The notes below the pieces were generated by a model. That model saw nothing but the letters and a program-made list of their open reading frames with translations. It did no database searches and had not been told where the DNA came from. The position numbers and the translations under genes are program-made. From Azolla caroliniana (lineage: Eukaryota > Plantae > Polypodiophyta), in contig JBHGNT010000006.1 of the NCBI GenBank assembly GCA_043228905.1, forward strand, positions 310,001-374,000: a stretch of DNA of 64,000 bases. The letters run 5' to 3'. Every line of letters starts with the position of its first letter. Positions within the stretch are counted from its first letter, which is position 1. Positions 13,600-28,200 of this stretch are shown here, piece after piece.

Positions 13600-16500
13600 T
13601 AATTCCATATCATAGCTAGCGTTCTTAGCTTCGATTCGCATGTTTGTACACAAAAATCCGATATCACACGAGCCAGGTATGAACATTTTAATTTACCTAC
13701 TAGCTCTTCTCAACTCACTCCTCAAATTTGGTAATTTCTTCATGTCTCTCGACCTGAGTTTCAAAATCTTGATTTTTTAATTCTATATCATAGCTAGCGT
13801 TGTTAACTTCGATTCGCATGTTTGAATACAAAAATCCAATGTCACACGAGCCAGGTATGAACATTTTAATTTACCTACTATCTCTTCTCAACTCAATCCT
13901 CAAATTTGGTAATTTCGTCATGTCTCTCGACCTGAGTTTCAAAATCTTGATTTTTTAATTCCATATCATAGCTAGCGTTGTTAGCTTCGATTCGCATGTT
14001 TGAATACAAAAATCCGATGTCGCACGAGCCAGGTATGAACATTTTAATTTACCTACTAGCTCCTCTCAACTAACTCCTCAAATTTGGTAATTTCGTCATG
14101 TCTCTCGACCTGAGTTTCAGAATCTTGATTTTTTAATTCTATATCATAGCTAGCGTTGTTAGCTTCGATTCGCATCTTTGAACACAAAAATCCGATATCA
14201 CGAGAGCCAGGTATGAACATTTTAATTTACCTACTAGGTCTTCTCAACTCAATCCTCAAATTCGGTAATTTCGTCATGTCTCTCGACCTGAGTTTCAAAA
14301 TCTTGATTTTTTAATTCCATATCATAGCTAGCGTTGTTAGCTTCGATTCGCATGTTTGAACACAAAAATCCGATATCACACGAGCCAGGTATGAACATTT
14401 TTATTTACTCAAGGCCTCCTCTCAACTCACTCCTCAAATTCGGTAATTTCGTCATGTCTCTCGACCTGAGTTTCAAAATCTTGATTTTTTAATTCCATAT
14501 CATAGCTAGCGTTGTTAGCTTCGATTCGCATATTTGTACTCAAAAATCCGATATCACACGAGCCAGGTATGAACATTTTAATTTACCTACTAGCTCTTCT
14601 CAACTCACTCCTCAAATTTCGTAATTACGTCATGTCTCTCGACCTGAGTTTCAGAATCTTGATTTTTTAATTCCATATCATAGCTAGCGTTGTTAGCTTC
14701 AATTCGCATATTTGTACTCAAAAATCCGATATCACACGAGCCAGGTATGAAGATTTTAATTTACCTACTAGTTCTTCTCAACTCAATCCTCAAATTTGGT
14801 AATTTCGTCATGTCTCTCGACCTGAGTTTCAAAATCTTGATTTTTTAATTCCATATCATAGCTAGCGTTGTTAGCTTCGATTCGCATGTTTGAACACAAA
14901 AATCCGATATCACACGAGCCAGGTATGAACATTTTTATTTACTCAAGGGCTCCTCTCAACTCACTCCTCAAATTCGGTAATTTCGTCATGTCTCTCGACC
15001 TCAGTTTCAAAATCTTGATTTTTTAATTCCATATCATAGCTAGCGTTGTTAGCTTCGATTCGCATATTTGTACTCAAAAATCCGATATCACACGAGCCAG
15101 GTATGAACATTTTAATTTACCTACTAGCTCTTCTCAACTCACTCCTCAAATTTCGTAATTACGTCATGTCTCTCGACCTGAGTTTCAGAATCTTGATTTT
15201 TTAATTCCATATCATAGCTAGCGTTGTTAGCTTCGATTCGCATGTTTGAACACAAAAATCCGATATCACACGAGCCAGGTATGAACATTTTAATTTACCT
15301 ACTAGCTCTTCTCAAATCAATCCTCAAATTTGGTAATTTCGTCATGTCTCTCGACCTGAGTTTCAAAATCTAGATTTTTTAATTCCATATCATAGCTAGC
15401 GTTCTTAGCTTCGATTCGCATGTTTGTACACAATAATCCGATATCACACGAGCCAGGTATGAACATTTTAATTTACCTACTAGCTCTTCTCAACTCACTC
15501 CTCAAATTTGGTAATTTCTTCATGTCTCTCGACCTGAGTTTCAAAATCTTGATTTTTTAATTCTATATCATAGCTAGCGTTGTTAACTTCGATTCGCATG
15601 TTTGAATACAAAAATCCAATGTCACACGAGCCAGGTATGAACATTTTAATTTACCTACTATCTCTTCTCAACTCAATCCTCAAATTTGGTAATTTCGTCA
15701 TGTCTCTCGACCTGAGTTTCAAAATCTTGATTTTTTAATTCCATATCATAGCTAGCGTTGTTAGCTTCGATTCGCATGTTTGAATACAAAAATCCGATGT
15801 CACACGAGCCAGGTATGAACATTTTAATTTACCTACTAGCTCCTCTCAACTAACTCCTCAAATTTGGTAATTTCGTCATGTCTCTCGACCTGAGTTTCAG
15901 AATCTTGATTTTTTAATTCTATATCATAGCTAGCGTTGTTAGCTTCGATTCGCATCTTTGAACACAAAAATCCGATATCACGCGAGCCAGGTATGAACAT
16001 TTTAATTTACCTACTAGGTCTTCTCAACTCAATCCTCAAATTCGGTAATTTCGTCATGTCTCTCGACCTGAGTTTCAAAATCTTGATTTTTTAATTCCAT
16101 ATCATAGCTAGCGTTGTTAGCTTCGATTCGCATGTTTGAACACAAAAATCCGATATCACACGAGCCAGGTATGAACATTTTTATTTACTCAAGGGCTCCT
16201 CTCAACTCACTCCTCAAATTCGGTAATTTCGTCATGTCTCTCGACCTGAGTTTCAAAATCTTGATTTTTTAATTCCATATCATAGCTAGCGTTGTTAGCT
16301 TCGATTCGCATATTTGTACTCAAAAATCCGATATCACACGAGCCAGGTATGAACATTTTAATTTACCTACTAGCTCTTCTCAACTCACTCCTCAAATTTC
16401 GTAATTACGTCATGTCTCTCGACCTGAGTTTCAGAATCTTGATTTTTTAATTCCATATCATAGCTAGCGTTGTTAGCTTCGATTCGCATGTTTGAACACA

Positions 16501-17050
16501 AAAATCCGATATCACACGAGCCAGGTATGAACATTTTAATTTACCTACTAGCTCTTCTCAACTCCATCCTCAAATTTGGTAATTTCGTCATGTCTCTCGA
16601 CCTGAGTTTCAAAATCTTGATTTTTTAATTCCATATCATAGCTAGCGTTCTTAGCTTCGATTCGCATGTTTGTACACAAAAATCCGATATCACACGAGCC
16701 AGGTATGAACATTTTAATTTACCTACTAGCTCTTCTCAACTCACTCCTCAAATTTGGTAATTTCTTCATGTCTCTCGACCTGAGTTTCAAAATCTTGATT
16801 TTTTAATTCCATATCATAGCTAGCGTTGTTAACTTCGATTCGCATGTTTGAATACAAAAATCCAATGTCACACGAGCCAGGTATGAACATTTTAATTTAC
16901 CTACTATCTCTTCTCAACTCAATCCTCAAATTTGGTAATTTCGTCATGTCTCTCGACCTGAGTTTCAAAATCTTGATTTTTTAATTCCATATCATAGCTA
17001 GCGTTGTTAGCTTCGATTCGCATGTTTGAATACAAAAATCCGATGTCACA
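13600..17050 (+). repeat. Local degenerate block repeated at 10-mer then 7-mer spacing (repeated again at about 30740-34190)
   Basis: The linked variants GTTAAC, TCCAATGTC and CTACTATCTC occur at about 13805, 15585 (+1780 = 10 x 178) and 16831 (+1246 = 7 x 178). Confidence 0.88.
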
Positions 17051-19256
17051 CGAGCCAGGTATGAACAATTTAATTCACCTACTAGCTCTTCTCAACTCAG
17101 TCCTCAAATTTGGTAATTTCTTCATGTCTCTCGACCTGAGTTTCAAAATCTTGATTTTTTAATTCCATATCATAGCTAGCGTTGTTAGCTTCGATTCGCA
17201 TGTTTGAACACAAATATCCGATATCACACGAGCCAGGTATGAACATTTTAATTTACCTACTAGCTCTTCTCAACTAACTCCTCAAATTTGTTAATTTCGT
17301 CATGTCTCTCGACCTGAGTTTCAGAATCTTGATTTTTTAATTCTATATCATAGCTAGCGTTGTTAGCTTCGATTCGCATGTTTGTACTCAAAAATCCGAT
17401 ATCACACGAGCCAGGTATGAACATTTTAATTTACCTACTAGCTCTTCTCAACTCACTCCTCAAATTTCGTAATTACGTCATGTCTCTCGACCTGAGTTTC
17501 AGAATCTTGATTTTTTAATTCCATATCATAGCTAGCGTTGTTAGCTTCGATTCGCATGTTTGAACACAAAAATCCGATATCACACGAGCCAGGTATGAAC
17601 ATTTTTATTTACTCAAGGGCTCCTCTCAACTCACTTCTCAAATTTGGTAATTTCTTCATGTCTCTCGACCTGAGTTTCAAAATCTTGATTTTTAAATTCC
17701 ATATCATAGCTAGCGTTGTTAGCTTCGATTCGCATGTTTGAACACAAAAATCCGATATCACACGAGCCAGGTATGAACATTTTAATTTACCTACTAGCTC
17801 TTCTCAACTCAATCCTCAAATTTGGTAATTTCGTCATGTCTCTCGACCTGAGTTCAAAATCTTGATTTTTTAATTCCATATCATAGCTAGCGTTGTTAGC
17901 TTCGATTCGCATGTTTGAACACAAAAATCCGATATCACACGAGTCAGGTATGAACATTTTTATTTACTCAAGGGCTCCTCTCAACTCACTCCTCAAATTT
18001 GGTAATTTCTTCATGTCTCTCGACCTGAGTTTCAAAATCTTGATTTTTAAATTCCATATCATAGCTAGCGTTGTTAGCTTCGATTCGCATGTTTGAACAC
18101 AAAAATCCGATATCACACGAGCCAGGTATGAACATTTTTATTTACTCAAGGGCTCCTCTCAACTCACTCCTCAAATTTTGTAATTACGTCATGTCTCTCG
18201 ACCTGAGTTTCAAAATCTTGATTTTTTAATTCCATATCATAGCTAGCGTTGTTAGCTTCGATTCGCATATTTGTACTCAAAAATCCGATATCACACGAGC
18301 CAGGTATGAACATTTTAATTTACCTACTAGCTCTTCTCAACTCACTCCTCAAATTTCGTAATTACGTCATGTCTCTCGACCTGAGTTTCAGAATCTTGAT
18401 TTTTTAATTCCATATCATAGCTAGCGTTGTTAGCTTCGATTCGCATGTTTGAACACAAAAATCCGATATCACACGAGCCAGGTATGAACATTTTAATTTA
18501 CCTACTAGCTCTTCTCAACTCAATCCTCAAATTTGGTAATTTCGTCATGTTTCTCGACCTGAGTTTCAAAATCTTGATTTTTTAATTCCATATCATAGCT
18601 AGCGTTCTTAGCTTCGATTCGCATGTTTATACACAAAAATCCGATATCACACGAGCCAGGTATGAACATTTTAATTTACCTACTAGCTCTTCTCAACTCA
18701 ATCCTCAAATTTGGTAATTTCGTCATGTCTCTCGACCTGAGTTTCAAAATCTTGATTTTTTAATTCCATATCATAGCTAGCGTTGTTAGCTTCGATTCGC
18801 ATGTTTGAACACAAAAATCCGATATCACACGAGTCAGGTATGAACATTTTTATTTACTCAAGGGCTCCTCTCAACTCAGTCCCCAAATTTGGTAATTTCT
18901 TCATGTCTCTCGACCTGAGTTTCAAAATCTTGATTTTTTAATTCCATATCATAGCTAGCGATGTTAGCTTCGATTCGCATGTTTGAACACAAAAATCCGA
19001 TATCACACGAGCCAGGTATGAACATTTTAATTTACCTACTAGCTCTTCTCAACTCAATCCTCAAATTTGGTAATTTCGTCATGTCTCTCGACCTGAGTTT
19101 CAAAATCTTGATTTTTTAATTCTATATCATAGCTAGCGGTGTTAGCTTCGATTCGCATGTTTGTACACAAATATCCGATATCACACGAGCCAGGTATGAA
19201 CATTTTAATTTACCTACTAGCTCTTCTCAACTCAATCCTCAAATTTTGTAATTTCT

Positions 19257-22200
19257 TCATGTCTGTCGACCTGAGTTTCAAAATCTTGATTTTTTAATTC
19301 TATATGATAGCTAGCGTTGTTAGCTTCGATTCGCATGTTTGTACACAAAAATCCGATGTCACACGATCCAGGTATGAACATTTTTATTTACCTACTAGCT
19401 CTTCTCAACTCACTCCTCAAATTTTGTAATTTCTTCATGTCTCTCGACCTGAGTTTCAAAATCTTGATTTTTAAATTCCATATCATAGCTAGCGTTGTTA
19501 GCTTCGATTCGCATGTTTGAACACAAAAATCCGATATCACACGAGCCAGGTATGAACATTTTTATTTACTCAAGGGCTCCTCTCAACTCACTCCTCAAAT
19601 TTTGTAATTACGTCATGTCTCTCGACCTGAGTTTCAAAATCTTGATTTTTTAATTCCATATCATAGCTAGCGTTGTTAGCTTCGATTCGCATGTTTGAAC
19701 ACAAAAATCCGATATCACACGAGCCAGGTATCAACATTTTTATTTACTCAAGGGCTCCTCTCAACTCACTCCTCAAATTTGGTAATTACGTCATGTCTCT
19801 CGAGCTGAGTTTCAAAATCTTGATTTTTAAATTCCATATCATAGCTAGCGTTGTTAGCTTCGATTCGCATGTTTGAATACAAAAATCCGATGTCACACGA
19901 GCCAGGTATGAACATTTTTATTTACTCAAGGGCTCCTCTCAACTCACTCCTCAAATTTGGTAATTTCGTCATGTCTCTCGACCTGAGTTTCAAAATCTTG
20001 ATTTTTTAATTCCATATCATAGCTAGCGTTGTTAGCTTCGTTTCGCATATTTGTACACAAAAATCCGATATCACACGAGCCAGGTATGAACATTTTAATT
20101 TACCTACTAGCTCTTCTCAACTCACTCCTCAAATTTCGTAATTACGTCATGTCTCTCGACCTGAGTTTCAAAATCTTGATTTTTTAATTCCATATCATAG
20201 CTAGCGTTCTTAGCTTCGATTCGCATGTTTGAACACAAAAATCCGATATCACACGAGCCAGGTATGAACATTTTAATTTACCTACTAGGTCTTCTCAACT
20301 CACTCCTCAAATTTGGTAATTTCTTCATGTCTCTCGACCTGAGTTTCAGAATCTTGATTTTTTAATTCCATATCATAGCTAGCGTTGTTAGCTTCGATTC
20401 GCATATTTGAACACAAAAATCCGATATCACACGAGCCAGGTATGAAGATTTTAATTTACATACTAGCTCCTCTCAACTCACTCCTCAAATTTGGTAATTT
20501 CGTCATGTCTCTCGACCTGAGTTTCAAAATCTTGATTTTTTAATTCCATATCATAGCTAGCGTTCTTAGCTTCGATTCGCATATTTGTACTCAAAAATCC
20601 GATATCACACGAGCCAGGTATGAAGATTTTAATTTACATACTAGCTCCTCTCAACTCACTCCTCAAATTTGGTAATTTCGTCATGTCTCTCGACCTGAGT
20701 TTCAGAATCTTGATTTTTTAATTCTATATCATAGCTAGCGTTGTTAGCTTCGATTCGCATATTTGTACTCAAAAATCCGATATCACACGAGCCAGGTATG
20801 AACATTTTAATTTACCTACTAGCTCTTCTCAACTCAATCCTCAAATTTGGTAATTTCGTCATGTCTCTCGACCTGAGTTTCAAAATCTTGATTTTTTAAT
20901 TCCATATTATAGCTAGCGTTGTTAGCTTCGTTTCGCATGTTTGTACACAAAAATCCGATATCACACGAGCCAGGTATGAACATTTTAATTTACCTACTAG
21001 GTCTTCTCAACTCACTCCTCAAATTTGGTAATTTCTTCATGTCTCTCGACCTGAGTTTCAGAATCTTGATTTTTTAATTCCATATCATAGCTAGCGTTGT
21101 TAGCTTCGATTCGCATGTTTGAACACAAAAATCCGATATAACACGAGCCAGGTATGAACATTTTAATTTACCTACTCGCTCTTCTCAACTCACTCCTCAA
21201 ATTTGGTAATTTCTTCATGTCTCTCGACCTGAGTTTCAGAATCTTGATTTTTAAATTCCATATCATAGCTAGCGTTGTTAGCTTCGATTCGCATATTTGT
21301 ACTCAAAAATCCGATATCACACGAGCTAGGTATGAAGATTTTAATTTACCTACTAGCTCCTCTCAACTCACTCCTCAAATTTGGTAATTTCGTCATGTCT
21401 CTCGACCTGAGTTTCAGAATCTTGATTTTTTAATTCTATATCATAGCTAGCGTTGTTAGCTTCGATTCGCATATTTGTACTCAAAAATCCGATATCACAC
21501 GAGCCAGGTATGAACATTTTAATTTACCTACTAGCTCTTCTCAACTCAATCCTCAAATTTGGTAATTTCGTCATGTCTCTCGACCTGAGTTTCAAAATCT
21601 TGATTTTTTAATTCCATATCATAGCTAGCGTTGTTAGCTTCGATTCGCATGTTTGAACACAAAAATCCGATATCACACGAGCCAGGTATGAACATTTTTA
21701 TTTACTCAAGGGCTCCTCTCAACTCACTCCTCAAATTTGGTATTTTCTTCATGTCTCTCGACCTGAGTTTCAAAATCTTGATTTTTAAATTCCATATCAT
21801 AGCTAGCGTTGTTAGCTTCGATTCGCATGTTTGAACACAAAAATCCGATATCACACGAGCCAGGTATGAACATTTTAATTTACCTACTAGCTCTTCTCAA
21901 CTCAATCCTCAAATTTGGTAATTTCGTCATGTCTCTCGACCTGAGTTTCAAAATCTTGATTTTTTAATTCCATATCATAGCTAGCGTTGTTAGCTTCGAT
22001 TCGCATGTTTGAACACAAAAATCCGATATCACACGAGCCAGGTATGAACATTTTTATTTACTCAAGGGCTCCTCTCAACTCAGTCCTCAAATTTGGTAAT
22101 TTCGTCATGTCTCTCGACCTGAGTTTCAAAATCTTGATTTTTTAATTCCATATCATAGCTAGCGTTGTTAGCTTCGATTCGCATATTTGTACTCAAAAAT

Positions 22201-25200
22201 CCGATATCACACGACCCAGGTAGGAACATTTTAATTTACCTACTAGCTCTTCTCAACTCAGTCCTCAAATTTGGTAATTTCGTCATGTCTCTCGACCTGA
22301 GTTTCAAAATCTTGATTTTTTAATTCTATATGATAGCTAGCGTTGTTAGCTTCGATTCGCATGTTTGTACACAAAAATCCGATGTCACACGAACCAGGTA
22401 TGATCATTTTTATTTACCTACTAGCTCTTCTCAACTCACTCCTCAAATTTGGTAATTTCTTCATGTCTCTCGACCTGAGTTTCAAAATCTTGATTTTTTA
22501 ATTCCATATCATAGCTAGCGTTGTTAGCTTCGATTCGCATGTTTGAACACAAAAATCCGATATCACACGAGCCAGGTATGAACATTTTTATTTACTCAAG
22601 GGCTCCTCTCAACTCACTCCTCAAATTTTGTAATTACGTCATGTCTCTCGACCTGAGTTTCAAAATCTTGATTTTTTAATTCTATATCATAGCTAGCGTT
22701 GTTAGCTTCGATTCGCATATTTGTACTCAAAAATCCGATATCACACGACCCAGGTATGAACATTTTAATTTACCTACTAGCTCTTCTCAACTCAGTCCTC
22801 AAATTTGGTAATTTCGTCATGTCTCTCGACCTGAGTTTCAAAATCTTGATTTTTTAATTCCATATCATAGCTAGCGTTGTTAGCTTCGATTCGCATGTTT
22901 GAACACAAAAATCCGATATCACACGAGCCAGGTATGAACATTTTTATTTACTCAAGGGCTCCTCTCAACTCACTCCTCAAATTTTGTAATTACGTCATGT
23001 CTCTCGACCTGAGTTTCAAAATCTTGATTTTTTAATTCCATATCATAGCTAGCGTTGTTAGCTTCGATTCGCATGTTTGAACACAAAAATCCGATATCAC
23101 ACGAGCCAGGTATGAACATTTTTATTTACTCAAGGGCTCCTCTCAACTCACTCCTCAAATTTTGTAATTACGTCATGTCTCTCGACCTGAGTTTCAAAAA
23201 CTTGATTTTTTAATTCCATATCATAGCTAGCGTTGTTAGCTTCGATTCGCATATTTGTACTCAAAAATCCGATATCACACGACCCAGGTATGAACATTTT
23301 AATTTACCTACTAGCTCTTCTCAACTCACTCCTCAAATTTGGTAATTTCGTCATGTCTGTCGACCTGAGTTTCAAAATCTTGATTTTTTAATTCTATATG
23401 ATAGCTAGCGTTGTTAGCTTCGATTCGCATGTTTGTACACAAAAATCCGATGTCACACGATCCAGGTATGAACATTTTTATTTACCTACTAGCTCTTCTC
23501 AACTCACTCCTCAAATTTTGTAATTTCTTCATGTCTCTCGACCTGAGTTTCAAAATCTTGATTTTTAAATTCCATATCATAGCTAGCGTTGTTAGCTTCG
23601 ATTCGCATGTTTGAACACAAAAATCCGATATCACACGAGCCAGGTATGAACATTTTTATTTACTCAAGGGCTCCTCTCAACTCACTCCTCAAATTTTGTA
23701 ATTACGTCATGTCTCTCGACCTGAGTTTCAAAATCTTGATTTTTTAATTCCATATCATAGCTAGCGTTGTTAGCTTCGATTCGCATATTTGTACTCAAAA
23801 ATCCGATATCACACGAGCCAGGTATGAACATTTTAATTTACCTACTAGCTCTTCTCAACTCACTCCTCAAATTTCGTAATTACGTCATGTCTCTCGACCT
23901 GAGTTTCAGAATCTTGATTTTTTAATTCCATATCATAGCTAGCGTTGTTAGCTTCGATTCGCATGTTTGAACACAAAAATCCGATATCACACGAGCCAGG
24001 TATGAACATTTTAATTTACCTACTAGCTCTTCTCAACTCAATCCTCAAATTTGGTAATTTCGTCATGTCTCTTGACCTGAGTTTCAAAATCTTGATTTTT
24101 TAATTCCATATCATAGCTAGCGTTGTTAGCTTCGATTCGCATGTTTGAACACAAAAATCCGATATCACACGAGCCAGGTATGAACATTTTAATTTACCTA
24201 CTAGCTCTTCTCAACTCAATCCTCAAATTTTCAAAATCTTGATTTTTTAATTCCATATCATAGCTAGCGTTGTTAGCTTTGATTCGCATATTTGTACTCA
24301 AAAATCCGATATCACACGAGCCAGGTATGAAGATTTTAATTTACCTACTAGCTCCTCTCAACTCAATCCTCAAATTCGGTAATTTCGTCATGTCTCTCGA
24401 CCTGAGTTTCAAAATCTTGATTTTTTAATTCCATATCATAGCTAGCGTTGTTAGCTTCGATTCGCATGTTTGAACACAAAAATCCGATATCACACGAGCC
24501 AGGTATGAACATTTTTATTTACTCAAGGGCTCCTCTCAACTCACTCCTCAAATTTGGTAATGTCTTCATGTCTCTCGACCTGAGTTTCAAAATCTTGATT
24601 TTTAAATTCCATATCATAGCTAGCGTTGTTAGCTTCGATTCGCATGTTTGAACACAAAAATCCGATATCACACGAGCCAGGTATGAACATTTTAATTTAC
24701 CTACTAGCTCTTCTCAACTCCATCCTCAAATTTGGTAATTTCGTCATGTCTCTCGACCTGAGTTTCAAAATCTTGATTTTTTAATTCCATATCATAGCTA
24801 GCGTTGTTAGCTTCGATTCGCATGTTTGAACACAAAAATCCGATATCACACGAGCCAGGTATGAACATTTTTATTTACTCAAGGGCTCCTCTCAACTCAC
24901 TCATCAAATTTTGTAATTATGTCATGTCTCTCGACCTGAGTTTCAAAATCTTGATTTTTTAATTCCATATCATAGCTAGCGTTGTTAGCTTCGATTCGCA
25001 TGTTTGAACACAAAAATCCGATATCACACGAGCCAGGTATGAACATTTTTATTTACTCAAGGGCTCCTCTCAACTCACTCCTCAAATTTTGTAATTACGT
25101 CATGTCTCTCGACCTGAGTTTCAAAATCTTGATTTTTTAATTCCATATCATAGCTAGCGTTGTTAGCTTCGATTCGCATGTTTGAACACAAAAATCCGAT

Positions 25201-28200
25201 ATCACACGAGCCAGGTATGAACATTTTTATTTACTCAAGGGCTCCTCTCAACTCACTCCTCAAATTTTGTAATTACGTCATGTCTCTCGACCTGAGTTTC
25301 AAAAACTTGATTTTTTAATTCCATATCATAGCTAGCGTTGTTAGCTTCGATTCGCATATTTGTACTCAAAAATCCGATATCACACGACCCAGGTATGAAC
25401 ATTTTAATTTACCTACTAGCTCTTCTCAACTCACTCCTCAAATTTGGTAATTTCGTCATGTCTGTCGACCTGAGTTTCAAAATCTTGATTTTTTAATTCT
25501 ATATGATAGCTAGCGTTGTTAGCTTCGATTCGCATGTTTGTACACAAAAATCCGATGTCACACGATCCAGGTATGAACATTTTTATTTACCTACTAGCTC
25601 TTCTCAACTCACTCCTCAAATTTTGTAATTTCTTCATGTCTCTCGACCTGAGTTTCAAAATCTTGATTTTTAAATTCCATATCATAGCTAGCGTTGTTAG
25701 CTTCGATTCGCATGTTTGAACACAAAAATCCGATATCACACGAGCCAGGTATGAACATTTTTATTTACTCAAGGGCTCCTCTCAACTCACTCCTCAAATT
25801 TTGTAATTACGTCATGTCTCTCGACCTGAGTTTCAAAATCTTGATTTTTTAATTCCATATCATAGCTAGCGTTGTTAGCTTCGATTCGCATATTTGTACT
25901 CAAAAATCCGATATCACACGAGCCAGGTATGAACATTTTAATTTACCTACTAGCTCTTCTCAACTCACTCCTCAAATTTCGTAATTACGTCATGTCTCTC
26001 GACCTGAGTTTCAGAATCTTGATTTTTTAATTCCATATCATAGCTAGCGTTGTTAGCTTCGATTCGCATGTTTGAACACAAAAATCCGATATCACACGAG
26101 CCAGGTATGAACATTTTAATTTACCTACTAGCTCTTCTCAACTCAATCCTCAAATTTGGTAATTTCGTCATGTCTCTTGACCTGAGTTTCAAAATCTTGA
26201 TTTTTTAATTCCATATCATAGCTAGCGTTGTTAGCTTCGATTCGCATGTTTGAACACAAAAATCCGATATCACACGAGCCAGGTATGAACATTTTAATTT
26301 ACCTACTAGCTCTTCTCAACTCAATCCTCAAATTTTCAAAATCTTGATTTTTTAATTCCATATCATAGCTAGCGTTGTTAGCTTTGATTCGCATATTTGT
26401 ACTCAAAAATCCGATATCACACGAGCCAGGTATGAAGATTTTAATTTACCTACTAGCTCCTCTCAACTCAATCCTCAAATTCGGTAATTTCGTCATGTCT
26501 CTCGACCTGAGTTTCAAAATCTTGATTTTTTAATTCCATATCATAGCTAGCGTTGTTAGCTTCGATTCGCATGTTTGAACACAAAAATCCGATATCACAC
26601 GAGCCAGGTATGAACATTTTTATTTACTCAAGGGCTCCTCTCAACTCACTCCTCAAATTTGGTAATTTCTTCATGTCTCTCGACCTGAGTTTCAAAATCT
26701 TGATTTTTAAATTCCATATCATAGCTAGCGTTGTTAGCTTCGATTCGCATGTTTGAACACAAAAATCCGATATCACACGAGCCAGGTATGAACATTTTAA
26801 TTTACCTACTAGCTCTTCTCAACTCCATCCTCAAATTTGGTAATTTCGTCATGTCTCTCGACCTGAGTTTCAAAATCTTGATTTTTTAATTCCATATCAT
26901 AGCTAGCGTTGTTAGCTTCGATTCGCATGTTTGAACACAAAAATCCGATATCACACGAGCCAGGTATGAACATTTTTATTTACTCAAGGGCTCCTCTCAA
27001 CTCACTCATCAAATTTTGTAATTATGTCATGTCTCTCGACCTGAGTTTCAAAATCTTGATTTTTTAATTCCATATCATAGCTAGCGTTGTTAGCTTCCAT
27101 TCGCATGTTTGAACACAAAAATCCGATATCACACGAGCCAGGTATGAACATTTTTATTTACTCAAGGGCTCCTCTCAACTCACTCCTCAAATTTTGTAAT
27201 TACGTCATGTCTCTCGACCTGAGTTTCAAAATCTTGATTTTTTAATTCCATATCATAGCTAGCGTTGTTAGCTTCGATTCGCATGTTTGAACACAAAAAT
27301 CCGATATCACACGAGCCAGGTATGAACATTTTTATTTACTCAAGGGCTCCTCTCAACTCACTCCTCAAATTTTGTAATTACGTCATGTCTCTCGACCTGA
27401 GTTTCAAAAACTTGATTTTTTAATTCCATATCATAGCTAGCGTTGTTAGCTTCGATTCGCATATTTGTACTCAAAAATCCGATATCACACGACCCAGGTA
27501 TGAACATTTTAATTTACCTACTAGCTCTTCTCAACTCACTCCTCAAATTTGGTAATTTCGTCATGTCTGTCGACCTGAGTTTCAAAATCTTGATTTTTTA
27601 ATTCTATATGATAGCTAGCGTTGTTAGCTTCGATTCGCATGTTTGTACACAAAAATCCGATGTCACACGATCCAGGTATGAACATTTTTATTTACCTACT
27701 AGCTCTTCTCAACTCACTCCTCAAATTTTGTAATTTCTTCATGTCTCTCGACCTGAGTTTCAAAATCTTGATTTTTAAATTCCATATCATAGCTAGCGTT
27801 GTTAGCTTCGATTCGCATGTTTGAACACAAAAATCCGATATCACACGAGCCAGGTATGAACATTTTTATTTACTCAAGGGCTCCTCTCAACTCACTCCTC
27901 AAATTTTGTAATTACGTCATGTCTCTCGACCTGAGTTTCAAAATCTTGATTTTTTAATTCCATATCATAGCTAGCGTTGTTAGCTTCGATTCGCATATTT
28001 GTACTCAAAAATCCGATATCACACGAGCCAGGTATGAACATTTTAATTTACCTACTAGCTCTTCTCAACTCACTCCTCAAATTTCGTAATTACGTCATGT
28101 CTCTCGACCTGAGTTTCAGAATCTTGATTTTTTAATTCCATATCATAGCTAGCGTTGTTAGCTTCGATTCGCATGTTTGAACACAAAAATCCGATATCAC

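Larger units (their letters stand above)
1938..19206 (+). repeat. Large tandem duplication, copy 1 (about 17.3 kb)
   Basis: Markers recur at +17319 up to about 3260 (1998>19317, 2354>19673) and at +17141 afterwards (4013>21154, 4490>21631, 7307>24448, 17893>35034). Confidence 0.93.
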
